DNA of 64,000 nucleotides from Candidatus Aminicenantes bacterium. GTDB lineage: Bacteria; Acidobacteriota; Aminicenantia; Aminicenantales; CALLJL01. The DNA lies in NCBI GenBank assembly GCA_037441905.1, contig JBBIRF010000003.1:39690-103689 (forward strand), given 5' to 3'. The notes under the pieces are model-generated. The model saw nothing but the letters and a program-made list of their open reading frames with translations. It was not told the DNA's origin and made no database searches. Positions within the stretch are counted from its first letter, which is position 1; each line of letters opens with the position of its first letter. Shown one piece after another: positions 27,133 to 37,558 of the stretch. The translations under genes were made by a program, and so were the position numbers.

Positions 27133-28596
27133 TTAATCTCTTTTTATCTGTTCCACCAACTCGCGACGGCTGTTGTAAATGTTGATGATTAGAGGCATGT
27201 CACCCGGAAGGGCATGAGTGCCGCATGCATGGCAGGGGTCATACGGACGAAAAGCCATCTCCGCTAAATTGAGTAGTCCGTCGGAAACCTTGCCTTCCTT
27301 GATAAAAGCCTTGGCTGCTTTTTCGATCGACATCGTAATGGCGGCTGAATTATTCATCGTGGCGACAATCAGGTTGGCTTCAGTCACAATGCCTTTTTCG
27401 TCGGTTTTATAATGGTGGAATAACGTTCCCCGGGGAGCTTCGACTACCCCCACTCCCTCGGTGGGCGTTTCTGTCGGCACCCGCCGGATGTCCGGGCTGG
27501 TAATTTCTTTGTCTTCCAGCAGGGCTACCATAGCCTCAGCTGCCTGGAGGGCTTCGATCAGACGAGCCCAGTGGAATGCCAGGGTGTTATGAGCCGGTTT
27601 TCCTCCGAGGACCTGGTACATCCTTTCGTATTCCTGTTGCGCTAAGGGAGTGGCCATGCCGTCAGCCGCGTTTAAGCGGGCGAGAGGCGCCACTCGGTAA
27701 ATACTGGTTTCTCTTCCCTCTACGAAGCCCTTCCAGCCAATTTTTTTCAGGTAAGGAAACTTAATGTAAGTCCAGGGCTCGACGTGTTCAGCCACGTGTT
27801 CGAGATAATCAGCGGCCTTAAACTTGGCGAACTCCTTGCCTTCGGGGTCGACCACCCGGATCAGGCCGTCATAAAAATTAACCCTGTTCTTCTCATCAAC
27901 CAGCCCCATGTAATAAGTGACGAGTTTATAAGCGTCGCCGACTACCAGGTCGACGTACTCTTTGTTTTTCAAGACGACGTCGTCGAAGATTTTCAGGGCA
28001 AACTTGGCGAATTCAACCGCATACCGGGCTGTCTCTAAGAATTTTAAGCGATGTTCCTCATCCAGCCCTTTGGAAACGCCGCCCGGAAGTCCGCAGACAG
28101 GGTGAATAACCTTGCCGCCGAGGTAGTTGATGATATCGCGACATTCCCGGCGGACCCTGATTACCTGGCCGCCGATTTCCAGCCCTACTTTACCCAGGAC
28201 ACCCAGAATATTTCTCTCCGCCGCCGGCGCCTGGGGGCCGACGACAAAATCAGGACCGCCCAGGAAAAAGAAATGAAGCGAATGGTCCTCCATCATAAAG
28301 GTGTTGTAAATTAACTCTCTTATCTTGCGGGCGGTTGGGGTTGGCTCGACATGAAAAACGGCGTCAACGCATTTTGTCGAGGCCATATGATGGGCGGTGG
28401 GGCAGACACCGCAGATGCGAGGGGTAATCCGGGGCATCTCTTCCACCGGACGGCCGACCGCGAACTGCTCAAAACCGCGCAGCTCCGGCACTTGAAGAAA
28501 AGCCCTTTCGACATCCCCGGCATCATTGAGGAAAATCTCTATCTTTCCGTGACCTTCAAGCCTGGTTATCGGGTCGATGGTTATTCGCTGACTCAT
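27133..28596 (-). CDS. mvhA: Mvh/Vhu-type (group 3c) [NiFe]-hydrogenase large subunit
   Basis: PRICGVCPTAHH and DPCHACGTHA motifs, 25-aa C-terminal extension. Confidence 0.85.
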   Translation of the reverse strand: MSQRITIDPITRLEGHGKIEIFLNDAGDVERAFLQVPELRGFEQFAVGRPVEEMPRITPRICGVCPTAHHMASTKCVDAVFHVEPTPTARKIRELIYNTFMMEDHSLHFFFLGGPDFVVGPQAPAAERNILGVLGKVGLEIGGQVIRVRRECRDIINYLGGKVIHPVCGLPGGVSKGLDEEHRLKFLETARYAVEFAKFALKIFDDVVLKNKEYVDLVVGDAYKLVTYYMGLVDEKNRVNFYDGLIRVVDPEGKEFAKFKAADYLEHVAEHVEPWTYIKFPYLKKIGWKGFVEGRETSIYRVAPLARLNAADGMATPLAQQEYERMYQVLGGKPAHNTLAFHWARLIEALQAAEAMVALLEDKEITSPDIRRVPTETPTEGVGVVEAPRGTLFHHYKTDEKGIVTEANLIVATMNNSAAITMSIEKAAKAFIKEGKVSDGLLNLAEMAFRPYDPCHACGTHALPGDMPLIINIYNSRRELVEQIKRD

Positions 28597-29567
28597 TTTA
28601 TTGCCTCCAGTTTCCTGCGGCCAAGAATTGACTTGGGCAGGCTAAAACGATAGAAGGTGCCGGCGGGGTCGGCGATAGTCTGGACAACCTTTTCTATTTC
28701 CTTTTCGTCCTTAAAATCGATAAGCGAAGCTAAGGCGGAAAGGAATTTGGCGCCCTGGTCGTAGACCTGGTCGGTTGGCCCGAAGCAACCCCGGCAGGGC
28801 ATGTTGGCCGTGATGCATCTTTCTTCGCAACCAGTTCTCGTAGCCGGTCCCATGCAGATAACCCCCTGGGCCAAAAAGCACTTTTCCGGGTCAAGAAGGA
28901 CTTCCCACGGCCGCTTAAACTCTTTAATCGTTAATTTCTCCGGCTTGGTCTTATTCCGGTCGCAATCGTCGCACAGAGATTTGTTGGGAGAAAGCACAGC
29001 TCCCTTCGGAGGGAGCTTACCCTCTAAAATAGCCCCGACAGCGTTGAGGATGAGGTGGCGGGGAGGAGCACAGCCGGGGAGATAATAGTCAACATCGATA
29101 ACCTGGTCGAGGGCCCTCACGGTGTCATAAAAAGCGGGCAGGGTTAATTCTTTGCCCTCGACAACGACTTTTTCCTGAGGAACAACGCCATCAGGGTTAA
29201 CCGTGGACGGGGTGGTGAAATAGGCCCGGCGGAAAATGGCCTCTTTGTTCCAGAAATTCGCCAGCCCGGGTATTCCGCCAAGATGCGAGCAGCTTCCGAA
29301 GGCAACGACGAGCTGCGATTTCCGGCGGAGCAGATGAACCATTTCTTCCTGTTCCGATAACCTGACCGACCCGTTAATAAAGCTAACCGCGATCGAGCCG
29401 TCAGCCATGGCCTCGACATCTTTTTTCTTAAAATCGAGGGCTACAGGCCAGAAAACGATGTCAACCGCTTCGACTACCTTAAGGATGTCTTCGGCCAGGT
29501 CGACAACCGCTTCCTCGCAGCCGCCGCAAGATGCACACCAGTAAAAAGCAACTTTGGGCTTACTCAT
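28593..29567 (-). CDS. mvhG: Mvh-type [NiFe]-hydrogenase small subunit
   Basis: [12 protein letters not shown]-terminus, multiple Cys cluster motifs ([21 protein letters not shown]). Confidence 0.8.
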   Translation of the reverse strand: MSKPKVAFYWCASCGGCEEAVVDLAEDILKVVEAVDIVFWPVALDFKKKDVEAMADGSIAVSFINGSVRLSEQEEMVHLLRRKSQLVVAFGSCSHLGGIPGLANFWNKEAIFRRAYFTTPSTVNPDGVVPQEKVVVEGKELTLPAFYDTVRALDQVIDVDYYLPGCAPPRHLILNAVGAILEGKLPPKGAVLSPNKSLCDDCDRNKTKPEKLTIKEFKRPWEVLLDPEKCFLAQGVICMGPATRTGCEERCITANMPCRGCFGPTDQVYDQGAKFLSALASLIDFKDEKEIEKVVQTIADPAGTFYRFSLPKSILGRRKLEAIK

Positions 29568-29994
29568 GGGAACCTCCGTTGAACTTGAAGTTTAGCGGCC
29601 CGAGGCGCCGGACCTGTTCGGTAAACTCATTAACCACCTGCTGAAACCTGGCCCCTTCTGAGGCCGAAACCCATTCGAGCCTGAACCTTTCTTTTTCGAT
29701 GCCCAGCTGTTCGAGCAACCGCGAAAGAAGTTTATAACGGCGCAAGGCTTTATAATTACCTTCTTGATAATGGCAATCTCCAGGATGGCAGCCGGAAATC
29801 AGCACGCCGTCAGCCCCCTCGCGGAATGCCTTGAGGACAAACTGGGGGTCAACCCGGCCGCTGCACATAACCCGGATGATCCTTATGTTAGGGGCATAAG
29901 TCATCCTGGCCGTGCCTGCGAGGTCGGCCCCGGTATAAGAACACCAATTACAAAGGAACCCCACTAAGCGGGGTTCAAACCCAGCTTGACTCAT
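29560..29994 (-). CDS. mvhD: MvhD-like [2Fe-2S] electron-transfer subunit
   Basis: [18 protein letters not shown]...MCSGRVD...[11 protein letters not shown] motif pattern typical of MvhD. Confidence 0.8.
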   Translation of the reverse strand: MSQAGFEPRLVGFLCNWCSYTGADLAGTARMTYAPNIRIIRVMCSGRVDPQFVLKAFREGADGVLISGCHPGDCHYQEGNYKALRRYKLLSRLLEQLGIEKERFRLEWVSASEGARFQQVVNEFTEQVRRLGPLNFKFNGGSHE

Positions 29995-30090
29995 TATTGC
30001 CTCCTCACCAGCTAAAATCGGATGACATGTTTTTAAAATAAAGCTTTACATTATATCTAAAACGGAAACAGGTTGCTACCTCCCGTGCGA

Positions 30091-31848
30091 TTATACAAGT
30101 AATAACCCTTCGATTTCGGCCATGATTTGCCGGTCGCGAAAGTGTTTCTGCTGAGCCGCACCCGACGGACAGGCGGCGACGCATGTCCCGCATCCTTTAC
30201 ACAGGGCGTCGTTTATGACGGATATTTCCTTTTCTCGGTCAAATGTTATGGCCGTAAATGGACAGAGGCCGACACAAATCTGACAGCCGGAGCAAAGGTT
30301 TTCGTCTATCTCCGCGGTTACTGGCTCAAGGCTGAAACTGGCTTTATCAGCCAGGGCTAAAGCTTCCGCCGCCGCCCCGCCTGCCTGAGCTACCGTATCG
30401 GGAATATCCCGGGGAGCCTGGCAACATCCCGCGAGAAAGATGCCGTCGGAGAAGGTCGAGACCGGAGCTAATTTCGGGTGTCTTTCTAAGAAGAAAGTAT
30501 CCTGACTGCAGGAAATGTTGAAGGTTTTGGCCAGCTGGTTATGGTCGACTGACGGCTCAAGCCCTGTTGCCAGAATCACCATATCGACGGGAATTCGCCG
30601 GACGACGCCCAGGAGCGTATCTTCCACCCGGATGATAAGCTTCCCTTCCTCTTCCTTGGTCACGGCCAGGTCGGTAATTTCCGAAACCCGACCGCGGATA
30701 AATTTTGTTCCTTCCTCGAGCAGACGATGATAAAACTCTTCATAGCCCTTACCGAAACAACGCATGTCGATATAAAAGTCATAAATGTCAGCTTCGGTTT
30801 TTTCTTTAATCAAATGGGCGAACTTGAGGGAGTACATGCAGCAGACCCGGGAGCAATATTCGTTGTAATTTTCATCTCTTGAGCCGACACAGTGAACTAT
30901 CCCGACTGATTTCGGTTCTTCTCCGCTAGCCAGCAAGATTTTGCCGCCGGTAGGACCAGAAGCATTCACCAGATGCTCAAACTCCAGGGCTGTAATCACG
31001 TTCGGCAACCTGCCGTAGCCGTAGGCCGGGATGCGGCGGGCGTCAAACGGCTTAAAACCGGTGGCCAGGATTATCGACCCGACTTCGACCTCCACCTCCT
31101 CTTCTTTCATTTCATGGTTAACGGCCTGTCGGTCGCAAACCTTGACGCAGAGCTGGCATTTGCCCGTCTTAAAATGGATGCAGGCGGATTCATCGATAAA
31201 AGGAACCATCGGAACAGCTTGGCGGATGGGAACCCGGATGGCGGTCGATGGCCCAAGATATAGCTCGGAATGGATAACCTGGCGGCCGTACTTATCTTCA
31301 TAGGTGATTGCTCCTGTCGGGCAGAAATGGGCGCAGGCGGTACAGCCGATGCAAGCTTCTGAAGGTTCGCCAAAAGGAGGCATTACTTTCCTCTCTGTAC
31401 CGCGGTCGATAAAACTAATCGCACAGGCGCCCACCACTTGTTCGCAAGCGCGGACGCACAGACCGCAGAGGATGCATTTTTCATTTGGGTCCTTTATCGG
31501 GAAACGCGGCTTATCAATGCCCATTTCCCTGGCAAGCCTCTGGACAGGTTCAGCGGCCGGCGCCCGGGCTAGAAGCATTTCCACGTTAAGCCGCCGGCTT
31601 CTGAGGACCCGCGGGGAGGCGGTTTCAACCTCCATCCCGTCTTGAACCTTATTGTTACATGACGTAATAAGGTCTTTCCGGCCCCGCACGCTTACTTCAA
31701 CCAAACAGACGCGGCAGGCGGCATAAGGCTCGATTAATGGATGATAGCAAAGAGTCGGGATGGAAATATCTAATTTCTTGGCCGCCTGGAGGATGGTTGT
31801 CCCCTCTTCTACCTGAATTTTCTTGCCATCAATCGTAACGGTAACCAT
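30091..31848 (-). CDS. Fusion: NuoG-like N-terminus + HdrA C-terminal half (paralog of 12801-14576)
   Basis: CYHPLIEPYAACRVC 2Fe-2S, CILCGLCVRAC, CIGCTACAHFCP, HCVGSRD...YCSRVCCMYSLKFAHLIKE, C-terminal CSGCQICVGLCP / CKGCGTCVAACP. Confidence 0.7.
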   Translation of the reverse strand: MVTVTIDGKKIQVEEGTTILQAAKKLDISIPTLCYHPLIEPYAACRVCLVEVSVRGRKDLITSCNNKVQDGMEVETASPRVLRSRRLNVEMLLARAPAAEPVQRLAREMGIDKPRFPIKDPNEKCILCGLCVRACEQVVGACAISFIDRGTERKVMPPFGEPSEACIGCTACAHFCPTGAITYEDKYGRQVIHSELYLGPSTAIRVPIRQAVPMVPFIDESACIHFKTGKCQLCVKVCDRQAVNHEMKEEEVEVEVGSIILATGFKPFDARRIPAYGYGRLPNVITALEFEHLVNASGPTGGKILLASGEEPKSVGIVHCVGSRDENYNEYCSRVCCMYSLKFAHLIKEKTEADIYDFYIDMRCFGKGYEEFYHRLLEEGTKFIRGRVSEITDLAVTKEEEGKLIIRVEDTLLGVVRRIPVDMVILATGLEPSVDHNQLAKTFNISCSQDTFFLERHPKLAPVSTFSDGIFLAGCCQAPRDIPDTVAQAGGAAAEALALADKASFSLEPVTAEIDENLCSGCQICVGLCPFTAITFDREKEISVINDALCKGCGTCVAACPSGAAQQKHFRDRQIMAEIEGLLLV

Positions 31849-31859
31849 TTCTTACCTCC

Positions 31860-33686
31860 TCACTCAACTCTTACGGCGCCAAAATTGCATACGTCAAAAC
31901 AGACGCCGCACTTAATACACTTGGCCTGGTCTATCTTATGAGATTCGCCCTTAGCCCCGGTTATGGCTTCAGAGGCGCAGTTCCGCCGGCAGACGTCGCA
32001 GCCATGACCCTTTTCCAGACAGATTTGCGGGTCAATGGTGTAAACGTTAAGTTGCCGGCAGACATGAGCCGGGCATTTTTTATCACGGATATGGGTGATA
32101 TATTCATCGCGGAAGTAGCGAAGCGTCGTGAGAACCGGGTTAGGAGCGGTTTTTCCTAAACCGCAGAGCGACGCTTCTTTGACGGTCTGGGCGAGTTCTT
32201 CGAGCAAAACCAGGTCTTCTTCTGTCCCTTTGCCTTCAGTGATTCGGGTGAGGATATCGAGCATGGCCTTTGTTCCCTCCCGGCAAGGAGTGCATTTGCC
32301 GCAGCTTTCATCCTGGGTGAAAGACAGGAAGTAACGAGCGACATCCACCATGCAGGTATCTTCGTCCATGACGACCATGCCGCCCGAGCCCATCATGCTT
32401 CCCGCCTCAGTCAAGCTTTCATAATCAATCGGGAGGTCGATCTTTTCCGCCGGGATGCATCCTCCGGAAGGGCCGCCAGTTTGGACAGCTTTGAATTTTT
32501 TCCCGCCAGGAATACCGCCGCCGATGTCATAAATAATTTCGCGCAGGGTTATTCCCATCGGGACCTCAACCAGGCCGGTGTTGTTAATTTTGCCGACAAG
32601 AGAAAAAACCTTGGTACCCTTTGAGGTCGGTGTCCCGATCGAGGCGAACCATTTTCCTCCCCGGTCGATGATAACAGGGACATTAGCCCAGGTTTCAACG
32701 TTATTGATGCAGGTAGGTTTACCCCAGAGTCCCTTTTCCGCCGGATAAGGCGGCCTCGGTCTTGGTTCGCCCAAACGGCCCTCGATTGAGGCCAGCAGGG
32801 CGGTTTCCTCGCCGCAAACAAAGGCGCCGGCTCCCCGGACAACTCTGATGTCGAAGTCAAAACCGGTCCCTAAGATATCATGACCGAGCAGGCCAAGACT
32901 GCGGGCCCGGTCGAGTGCGATATAGATTCTTTTTACGGCCAGGGGATATTCATTCCGGACATAAATGAAGCCCTGGGTCGCCCCGATGGCCTTGGCCCCG
33001 ATGAGCATTCCCTCGATAACCGAATGCGGGTCGGCTTCGAGGATGCTTCGGTCCATGAAAGCGCCCGGGTCGCCTTCGTCGCCGTTGCAGACGAGATATT
33101 TTTCTCCGTTGGGCGAAGGTGAATTCCGGACGAGTTGCCACTTTAGGCCCGTGGGAAAACCGGCACCGCCCCGGCCCCGCAGCCCGGAAACGGTGATTTC
33201 CTGGATTATTTCTTCCGGCGTCATCTGGGTCAGAGCCTTAACCAGGGCTTTATACCCGTCACGGGCTATGTAATCTTCGATTTTTTCCGGGTCGATGAGG
33301 CCGCGGTTGCGCAGGGCGACGAGCACCTGTTTCTTGAAAAAGTTGATTTCGCTCAAAACCGGCACGGGTGTTTTTTCTTCGGGCGGCTGGTACATGAACT
33401 TCTTCACCGGCCGGCCTTTAAGGAGATGTTCTTCCACCAGCAGCGGCACATCTTTCACGCTCAGGGTTTGGTAAAAGATGTTGCCGGGCTGGACGACAAG
33501 CAGCGGGCCTCGTTCACAGAACCCGTTGCAACCGGTAGTCACCACTTTAACTTCGTTTTCCAGCCCCTGGCGCTTAATTTCTTTTTCCAGAGCTTCTTTA
33601 ATTTCGAAGGCGTGGTTGGAGACACACCCCGTCCCGGCGCAGACCATTAAGTGGGTCCGGTATAGCTTTTCTTTTGCTTCCGCCAT
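31860..33686 (-). CDS. NuoF-like NADH-binding FMN/[4Fe-4S] subunit with N-terminal Trx-like Fdx domain
   Basis: GRGGAGFPTGLKWQ, ESCGKCTPCREG, C-terminal Cys clusters. Confidence 0.8.
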   Translation of the reverse strand: MAEAKEKLYRTHLMVCAGTGCVSNHAFEIKEALEKEIKRQGLENEVKVVTTGCNGFCERGPLLVVQPGNIFYQTLSVKDVPLLVEEHLLKGRPVKKFMYQPPEEKTPVPVLSEINFFKKQVLVALRNRGLIDPEKIEDYIARDGYKALVKALTQMTPEEIIQEITVSGLRGRGGAGFPTGLKWQLVRNSPSPNGEKYLVCNGDEGDPGAFMDRSILEADPHSVIEGMLIGAKAIGATQGFIYVRNEYPLAVKRIYIALDRARSLGLLGHDILGTGFDFDIRVVRGAGAFVCGEETALLASIEGRLGEPRPRPPYPAEKGLWGKPTCINNVETWANVPVIIDRGGKWFASIGTPTSKGTKVFSLVGKINNTGLVEVPMGITLREIIYDIGGGIPGGKKFKAVQTGGPSGGCIPAEKIDLPIDYESLTEAGSMMGSGGMVVMDEDTCMVDVARYFLSFTQDESCGKCTPCREGTKAMLDILTRITEGKGTEEDLVLLEELAQTVKEASLCGLGKTAPNPVLTTLRYFRDEYITHIRDKKCPAHVCRQLNVYTIDPQICLEKGHGCDVCRRNCASEAITGAKGESHKIDQAKCIKCGVCFDVCNFGAVRVE

Positions 33687-33699
33687 TTTTCACTCCTTC

Positions 33700-34089
33700 C
33701 TACAGGTCGGTCTTTTCGCTGCCAATACCCAGGGCATAGGCAGTGACGATTTGTCCCCCGAGGACATGCTTCTCGAAGATCTCCTGGGCCTTTTTCTCAG
33801 TCAGGTCGACGTACTTAACCGGAGCCTGGCCGGCCAGCTCGACCGTTGCCATCGGCTCGCGGCTGCAGAGGCCGGCACATCCGGATGTCGTCAGAAGAAC
33901 GTCCGTCGTTCCTCGCTTTTCCACTTCCCGGAGAAAAGCATTCATGATATTTCTGGCGCCGGCCGCAATCCCGCAAGTGCCCATATGGACAATGATTTTG
34001 GCCTTGAATTGGCCCTGCTCGCGGATAAAAATCGACTTTCTGGCCTCTTGCCTTATTTTTTCGAGGTCTTCAAGCGTGAGCTTTGGCAT
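33700..34089 (-). CDS. Stand-alone thioredoxin-like [2Fe-2S] ferredoxin (homolog of the N-terminal domain of the NuoF-like protein)
   Basis: IIVHMGTCGIAAGA...SGCAGLCSREP, aligns to residues 1-120 of 10917-12791 product. Confidence 0.6.
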   Translation of the reverse strand: MPKLTLEDLEKIRQEARKSIFIREQGQFKAKIIVHMGTCGIAAGARNIMNAFLREVEKRGTTDVLLTTSGCAGLCSREPMATVELAGQAPVKYVDLTEKKAQEIFEKHVLGGQIVTAYALGIGSEKTDL

Positions 34090-34101
34090 GGCTTCCTCTC
34101 C

Positions 34102-34557
34102 TCATTTCTTGTATTTTTTGATGATGCCCGGGACCTTCGTTTGAGTAACTTTTCCGTGGACTTCCTCGCCAACCATAACTACGGGCGCAAGGCCACAGCA
34201 CCCCAGGCAACGGACAGCATCCAGGCTGAAAAGCCGGTCTTCGCTCGTCTCGCCCGCCTTTATGCCGAGTTCCCGCTCGAATTTCTCCAGAACCAGCTGG
34301 GCTCCGCGGACATGACAGGCGGTCCCGAGACACACATGGATGGGATGTTTGCCCTTAGGTTTGAGGCTAAAAGCCCGGAAAAAAGTAGCTAAGCTAAGAA
34401 TGCGACTAAGGGGGACATCCATCTCCCGGGAAATTTGCTCCAGGGCTTCCCGCGGCAGGTAGGAATATTCTTCCTGCAGGTCCTGGAGCATGGCGATGAG
34501 GGAACTCTCATCGCGAGCGTATTTTTCCAGGATTTCAGAGACTTTGGCTTCGACCAT
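34102..34557 (-). CDS. NuoE-like [2Fe-2S] subunit
   Basis: CLGTACHVRGA...CLGCCGLAPV. Confidence 0.75.
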   Translation of the reverse strand: MVEAKVSEILEKYARDESSLIAMLQDLQEEYSYLPREALEQISREMDVPLSRILSLATFFRAFSLKPKGKHPIHVCLGTACHVRGAQLVLEKFERELGIKAGETSEDRLFSLDAVRCLGCCGLAPVVMVGEEVHGKVTQTKVPGIIKKYKK

Positions 34558-35101
34558 GTTCCCTCCTTAAAAAAGATAACCTATGGTCAATATAATTCCT
34601 GATGGCGTTTAAAACCTCAGGATGATTGAGTGCTATTCCGGGGTAAGTTTCTTTAAACTGCCGCGTGTTGAACTCAAATTCTGCCCCGTCGCGGCGATGA
34701 TAATAGACCCATTCTATTTCCGGATGCCCGGCTATCAAGGTAACCAGGGTTAAGGCCAAGTCACCCATCGGCTTGAGGTCGATGTGGCTCAAACGAAACG
34801 ACGCCCGTACTTTTGTTCCTTTTTGCGGGGCTGAAGTCAGCGTCAGGTCGCCGCCCGCCGCTCGACAGGCTTCTTGAAGGAAGGGCAAACCGAGCCCGAT
34901 TCTTCTTGTCTGGCGCGTGGAATAAAAAGGGTCGAGGGCGCGACGGCATTCTTCTTCGCTCATCCCTCGCCCGTTATCCTCCACCTCGAGAAGAAGAAGG
35001 TCGGCAGCGGCGTCTTCGATAATAGTAATCTTTATGCGTGAGGCGCCTGCATTCACCGAATTCTCGGCGATGTCCAGAAGGTGAAGCGATAAGTCTTCCA
35101 T
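34535..35101 (-). CDS. Histidine-kinase-like ATPase (HATPase_c only; start likely ATG 35101 MEDLSL...)
   Basis: LLEVEDNGRGM and GLGLPF G1/G2-box-like motifs, no HisKA/receiver. Confidence 0.55.
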   Translation of the reverse strand: MEDLSLHLLDIAENSVNAGASRIKITIIEDAAADLLLLEVEDNGRGMSEEECRRALDPFYSTRQTRRIGLGLPFLQEACRAAGGDLTLTSAPQKGTKVRASFRLSHIDLKPMGDLALTLVTLIAGHPEIEWVYYHRRDGAEFEFNTRQFKETYPGIALNHPEVLNAIRNYIDHRLSFLRREHGRSQSL

Positions 35102-35108
35102 GGCTATC

Positions 35109-35840
35109 TCAATTGAGAATCCTTCTGCCTTCTTGTTGCCGCAGGCTGAGAACGATTTCTTCAAAGGTTAAGTCAGTCATCAAGAAAGAAGTGGTGGCGG
35201 CGCCGATTTCTTTGAGGTCATGGGCGTCGGAAAAAGTTACCAGGGGATATGGTTCAGGGAATTTTTTTCTGGCCTCCGCCAGCGATAGACGGGATGAGAT
35301 TTCCAGCCCGTCCAGGGCGAGAGAAGCAGGAATAAACCCAAGCTGGCTGATGAGCGAAAACGCTTCCCGGTCGACATGGGAGGCTATGGCCAGACCCCCG
35401 AGCTGATGGATGAGATTGACTGTTTCTTCCAGGCTGAGGGTCGTCGCGCCGATCAGCAGGCGGTCGTTGAAGCGGAGGACTTCGCCTTCCTCGTTCACCA
35501 CTACCTGGAGTCCGTAAAGTTCCGGGTTGTTTTCTCCCGGAAGATGTTCGTAGATTTTCTCCTGGAGCTCGAAAGCGGCCTCAACCCGGCCAAAAAGGGC
35601 TAACAGGTGCACTTCTTCCTTCGTCGTCACTTCGATTCCCGGGATCACCGGAAGCGAGAATTTCTCGCCCGCCGCGACCAGGGCTGGAATGTTTTCAGCC
35701 GAGTTGTGGTCGCAGATGCCGATTATTTCGATATCCTTATCCCTGGCCATTTTAACAATGCCCCGGGGGGACAGGTTCAGCTCGCCGCAGGGCGAAAGGC
35801 AAGTGTGGATGTGAAGGTCAGTTTTCACCGCTCGCAGCAT
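35109..35840 (-). CDS. PHP-domain (polymerase/histidinol phosphatase) metal-dependent phosphoesterase
   Basis: DLHIHTCLSPCG...ICDHNS PHP His/Asp motifs. Confidence 0.65.
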   Translation of the reverse strand: MLRAVKTDLHIHTCLSPCGELNLSPRGIVKMARDKDIEIIGICDHNSAENIPALVAAGEKFSLPVIPGIEVTTKEEVHLLALFGRVEAAFELQEKIYEHLPGENNPELYGLQVVVNEEGEVLRFNDRLLIGATTLSLEETVNLIHQLGGLAIASHVDREAFSLISQLGFIPASLALDGLEISSRLSLAEARKKFPEPYPLVTFSDAHDLKEIGAATTSFLMTDLTFEEIVLSLRQQEGRRILN

Positions 35841-35843
35841 CTC

Positions 35844-36185
35844 CTATTCTTTTTCCATGAGCAATTGATACAACCGGCCCGAGATAACGAAGGAGTTATC
35901 CAGGGTTCCTAAAAGGGGAATTTTTTCTTCTTCGGCCTTGCGTTTTGTTTCCGCTTCCGGCTGGCGGTCATGAACAATGATGATGCCTGCCAGGTCTTTA
36001 AGCCGCGCCACGGCAATAATATTGGGATGCGTCTGGAGAGTTATCCAGAGATTGCCCTCCCGGGCATGGGCGATCACATCGCTCAAGAGGTCGGAGGTAT
36101 AACCGCCGGTCACTTCTGTTTCCAGCTGGCCGGCTTCAGTCAAGACTTTGAGGCCGAGATGAGAAATTATTTCTTTTAAAATCAT
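35844..36185 (-). CDS. DRTGG-domain protein
   Basis: Short ~113 aa; LLSDVIAHAREGNLWITLQTH pattern resembling DRTGG fold; paralog of 38016-38378. Confidence 0.5.
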   Translation of the reverse strand: MILKEIISHLGLKVLTEAGQLETEVTGGYTSDLLSDVIAHAREGNLWITLQTHPNIIAVARLKDLAGIIIVHDRQPEAETKRKAEEEKIPLLGTLDNSFVISGRLYQLLMEKE

Positions 36186-37558
36186 GCTTCCTCTTCCTTT
36201 TTGTTTTTGGCCGAACTGATTTCAGCCTGACCCCTCCGGCAACCGGTTTTTTCCACGAGCTCGATGATTTCTTTGGCCAGAGCGGTTATTTTTTGCGGCC
36301 AGAGAAAAACGCAATCAGCCAGCTCGACCTCGCCTTGAATCAGGTCCTCAGCGAATGCCTGGCAGGAGGGTGAACCGCAGGCGCCGCAGTCAATCTGAGG
36401 CAGCTTTTCATAGATGGCCTCTTTTTGTTTTTTCTTCTGGATTGCTTTGCCGATGTCTTCATCCAGAGGGGCAAGAGGTCGGGGCTCAAGCTGGCCCTCG
36501 ATGAAATAATATTTTTGTTCGTAGCGTCGCCTCACATCCCGGATGTCCGGGCAGGCTTTAATTTTTTCGTATTCGAGAGTTTCAATTAGCTTTATTATTT
36601 TGTTATATGAGCTGTATGTATTTTCGACGGTTAACGAACCGCCGACACATCCGTGGGTACAAGAATAGGCCTCGATAAAGTCGATGTTGCGGATTTTGCC
36701 TTTTTCGATGTCGTCGAACACTTTGATCAATTCAGCCAGGGCAGAAACAGCGATCGAATTCCGCAGCCGGAGTGTCCGGCTCATCCCACCGACGACCGCC
36801 CACCCGATACCGAGAATGCAAATGCTTTCGAGAGCTCGGCGCTCAGGCTCGGTTTCTTCCAGACTCTCCATGGCGGAAAGGAGCGGGCCATAAACATCGG
36901 CGATCGAAAGAGCCCCGTCAAGATGGCTCCGGCCTTTTTCTGCCGGCTGTTTGATCGAGATCATCTTTACAGGGCAGGGAGTTATGTAGAAAGTGCCGAT
37001 ATCCTTTTCCGGGATTTCCAGTTGCTTCGACTTTTTCCTTTTTATTTCCCTGGCAGCGATTTCTCGCGGGGTGTCGATCGGAATGATGTGGTCGATGAGG
37101 TCAGGGTATTTGACCTGAATGAGGCGAACCACCGTGGGGCAGGCGTTCGAAATCAGGGGCCTTGCGCCGTTATAGTTACGCAGAAATTCTTGAATCGCAA
37201 AACTTACTTCTCCGCAGGTGTTTGCCAGGTCGACGGCCTCGTCGAACCCGAGTTTTTTTAAACCGGCTAATATCTTGGCCGGGAGGATTTCGCGGCCAAA
37301 CTGGGCATAGAGCGCGGGAGAAGGGACGGCGATGGTGTAGCGGAACCGGCTGAGCTCGCCGAACGGGTCGGTAAGGGGGATGATAGCCCCGTTGGGGCAG
37401 ACATTAATGCACTCGCCGCAGTCGATGCACCTTTCCTCGATCATCCGGGCTTTGCCTTTACGGACGCGAATTGCCTGGGTTGGACAAACGCGCAGACAAC
37501 GCATCCGTCCCTCGCAGCGCTCCTGGTCGAAGCGAATCGAATGATAATACTGGTTCAT
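36182..37558 (-). CDS. [FeFe]-hydrogenase-like Fe-S protein (H-cluster-domain homolog with altered L1 motif) + C-terminal CxxCxxxxC Fe-S motif; putative sensory/regulatory
   Basis: N-terminal 2x[4Fe-4S] (CLRVCPTQAI, CIDCGECINVCP); SNACPTV (vs TSCCP), TPCPVKM (vs MPCxxK), EAYSCTHGCVGGS (vs ExMACxxGCxxGG); C-terminal CGACGSPSCQAF..ADCVF. Confidence 0.6.
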   Translation of the reverse strand: MNQYYHSIRFDQERCEGRMRCLRVCPTQAIRVRKGKARMIEERCIDCGECINVCPNGAIIPLTDPFGELSRFRYTIAVPSPALYAQFGREILPAKILAGLKKLGFDEAVDLANTCGEVSFAIQEFLRNYNGARPLISNACPTVVRLIQVKYPDLIDHIIPIDTPREIAAREIKRKKSKQLEIPEKDIGTFYITPCPVKMISIKQPAEKGRSHLDGALSIADVYGPLLSAMESLEETEPERRALESICILGIGWAVVGGMSRTLRLRNSIAVSALAELIKVFDDIEKGKIRNIDFIEAYSCTHGCVGGSLTVENTYSSYNKIIKLIETLEYEKIKACPDIRDVRRRYEQKYYFIEGQLEPRPLAPLDEDIGKAIQKKKQKEAIYEKLPQIDCGACGSPSCQAFAEDLIQGEVELADCVFLWPQKITALAKEIIELVEKTGCRRGQAEISSAKNKKEEEA

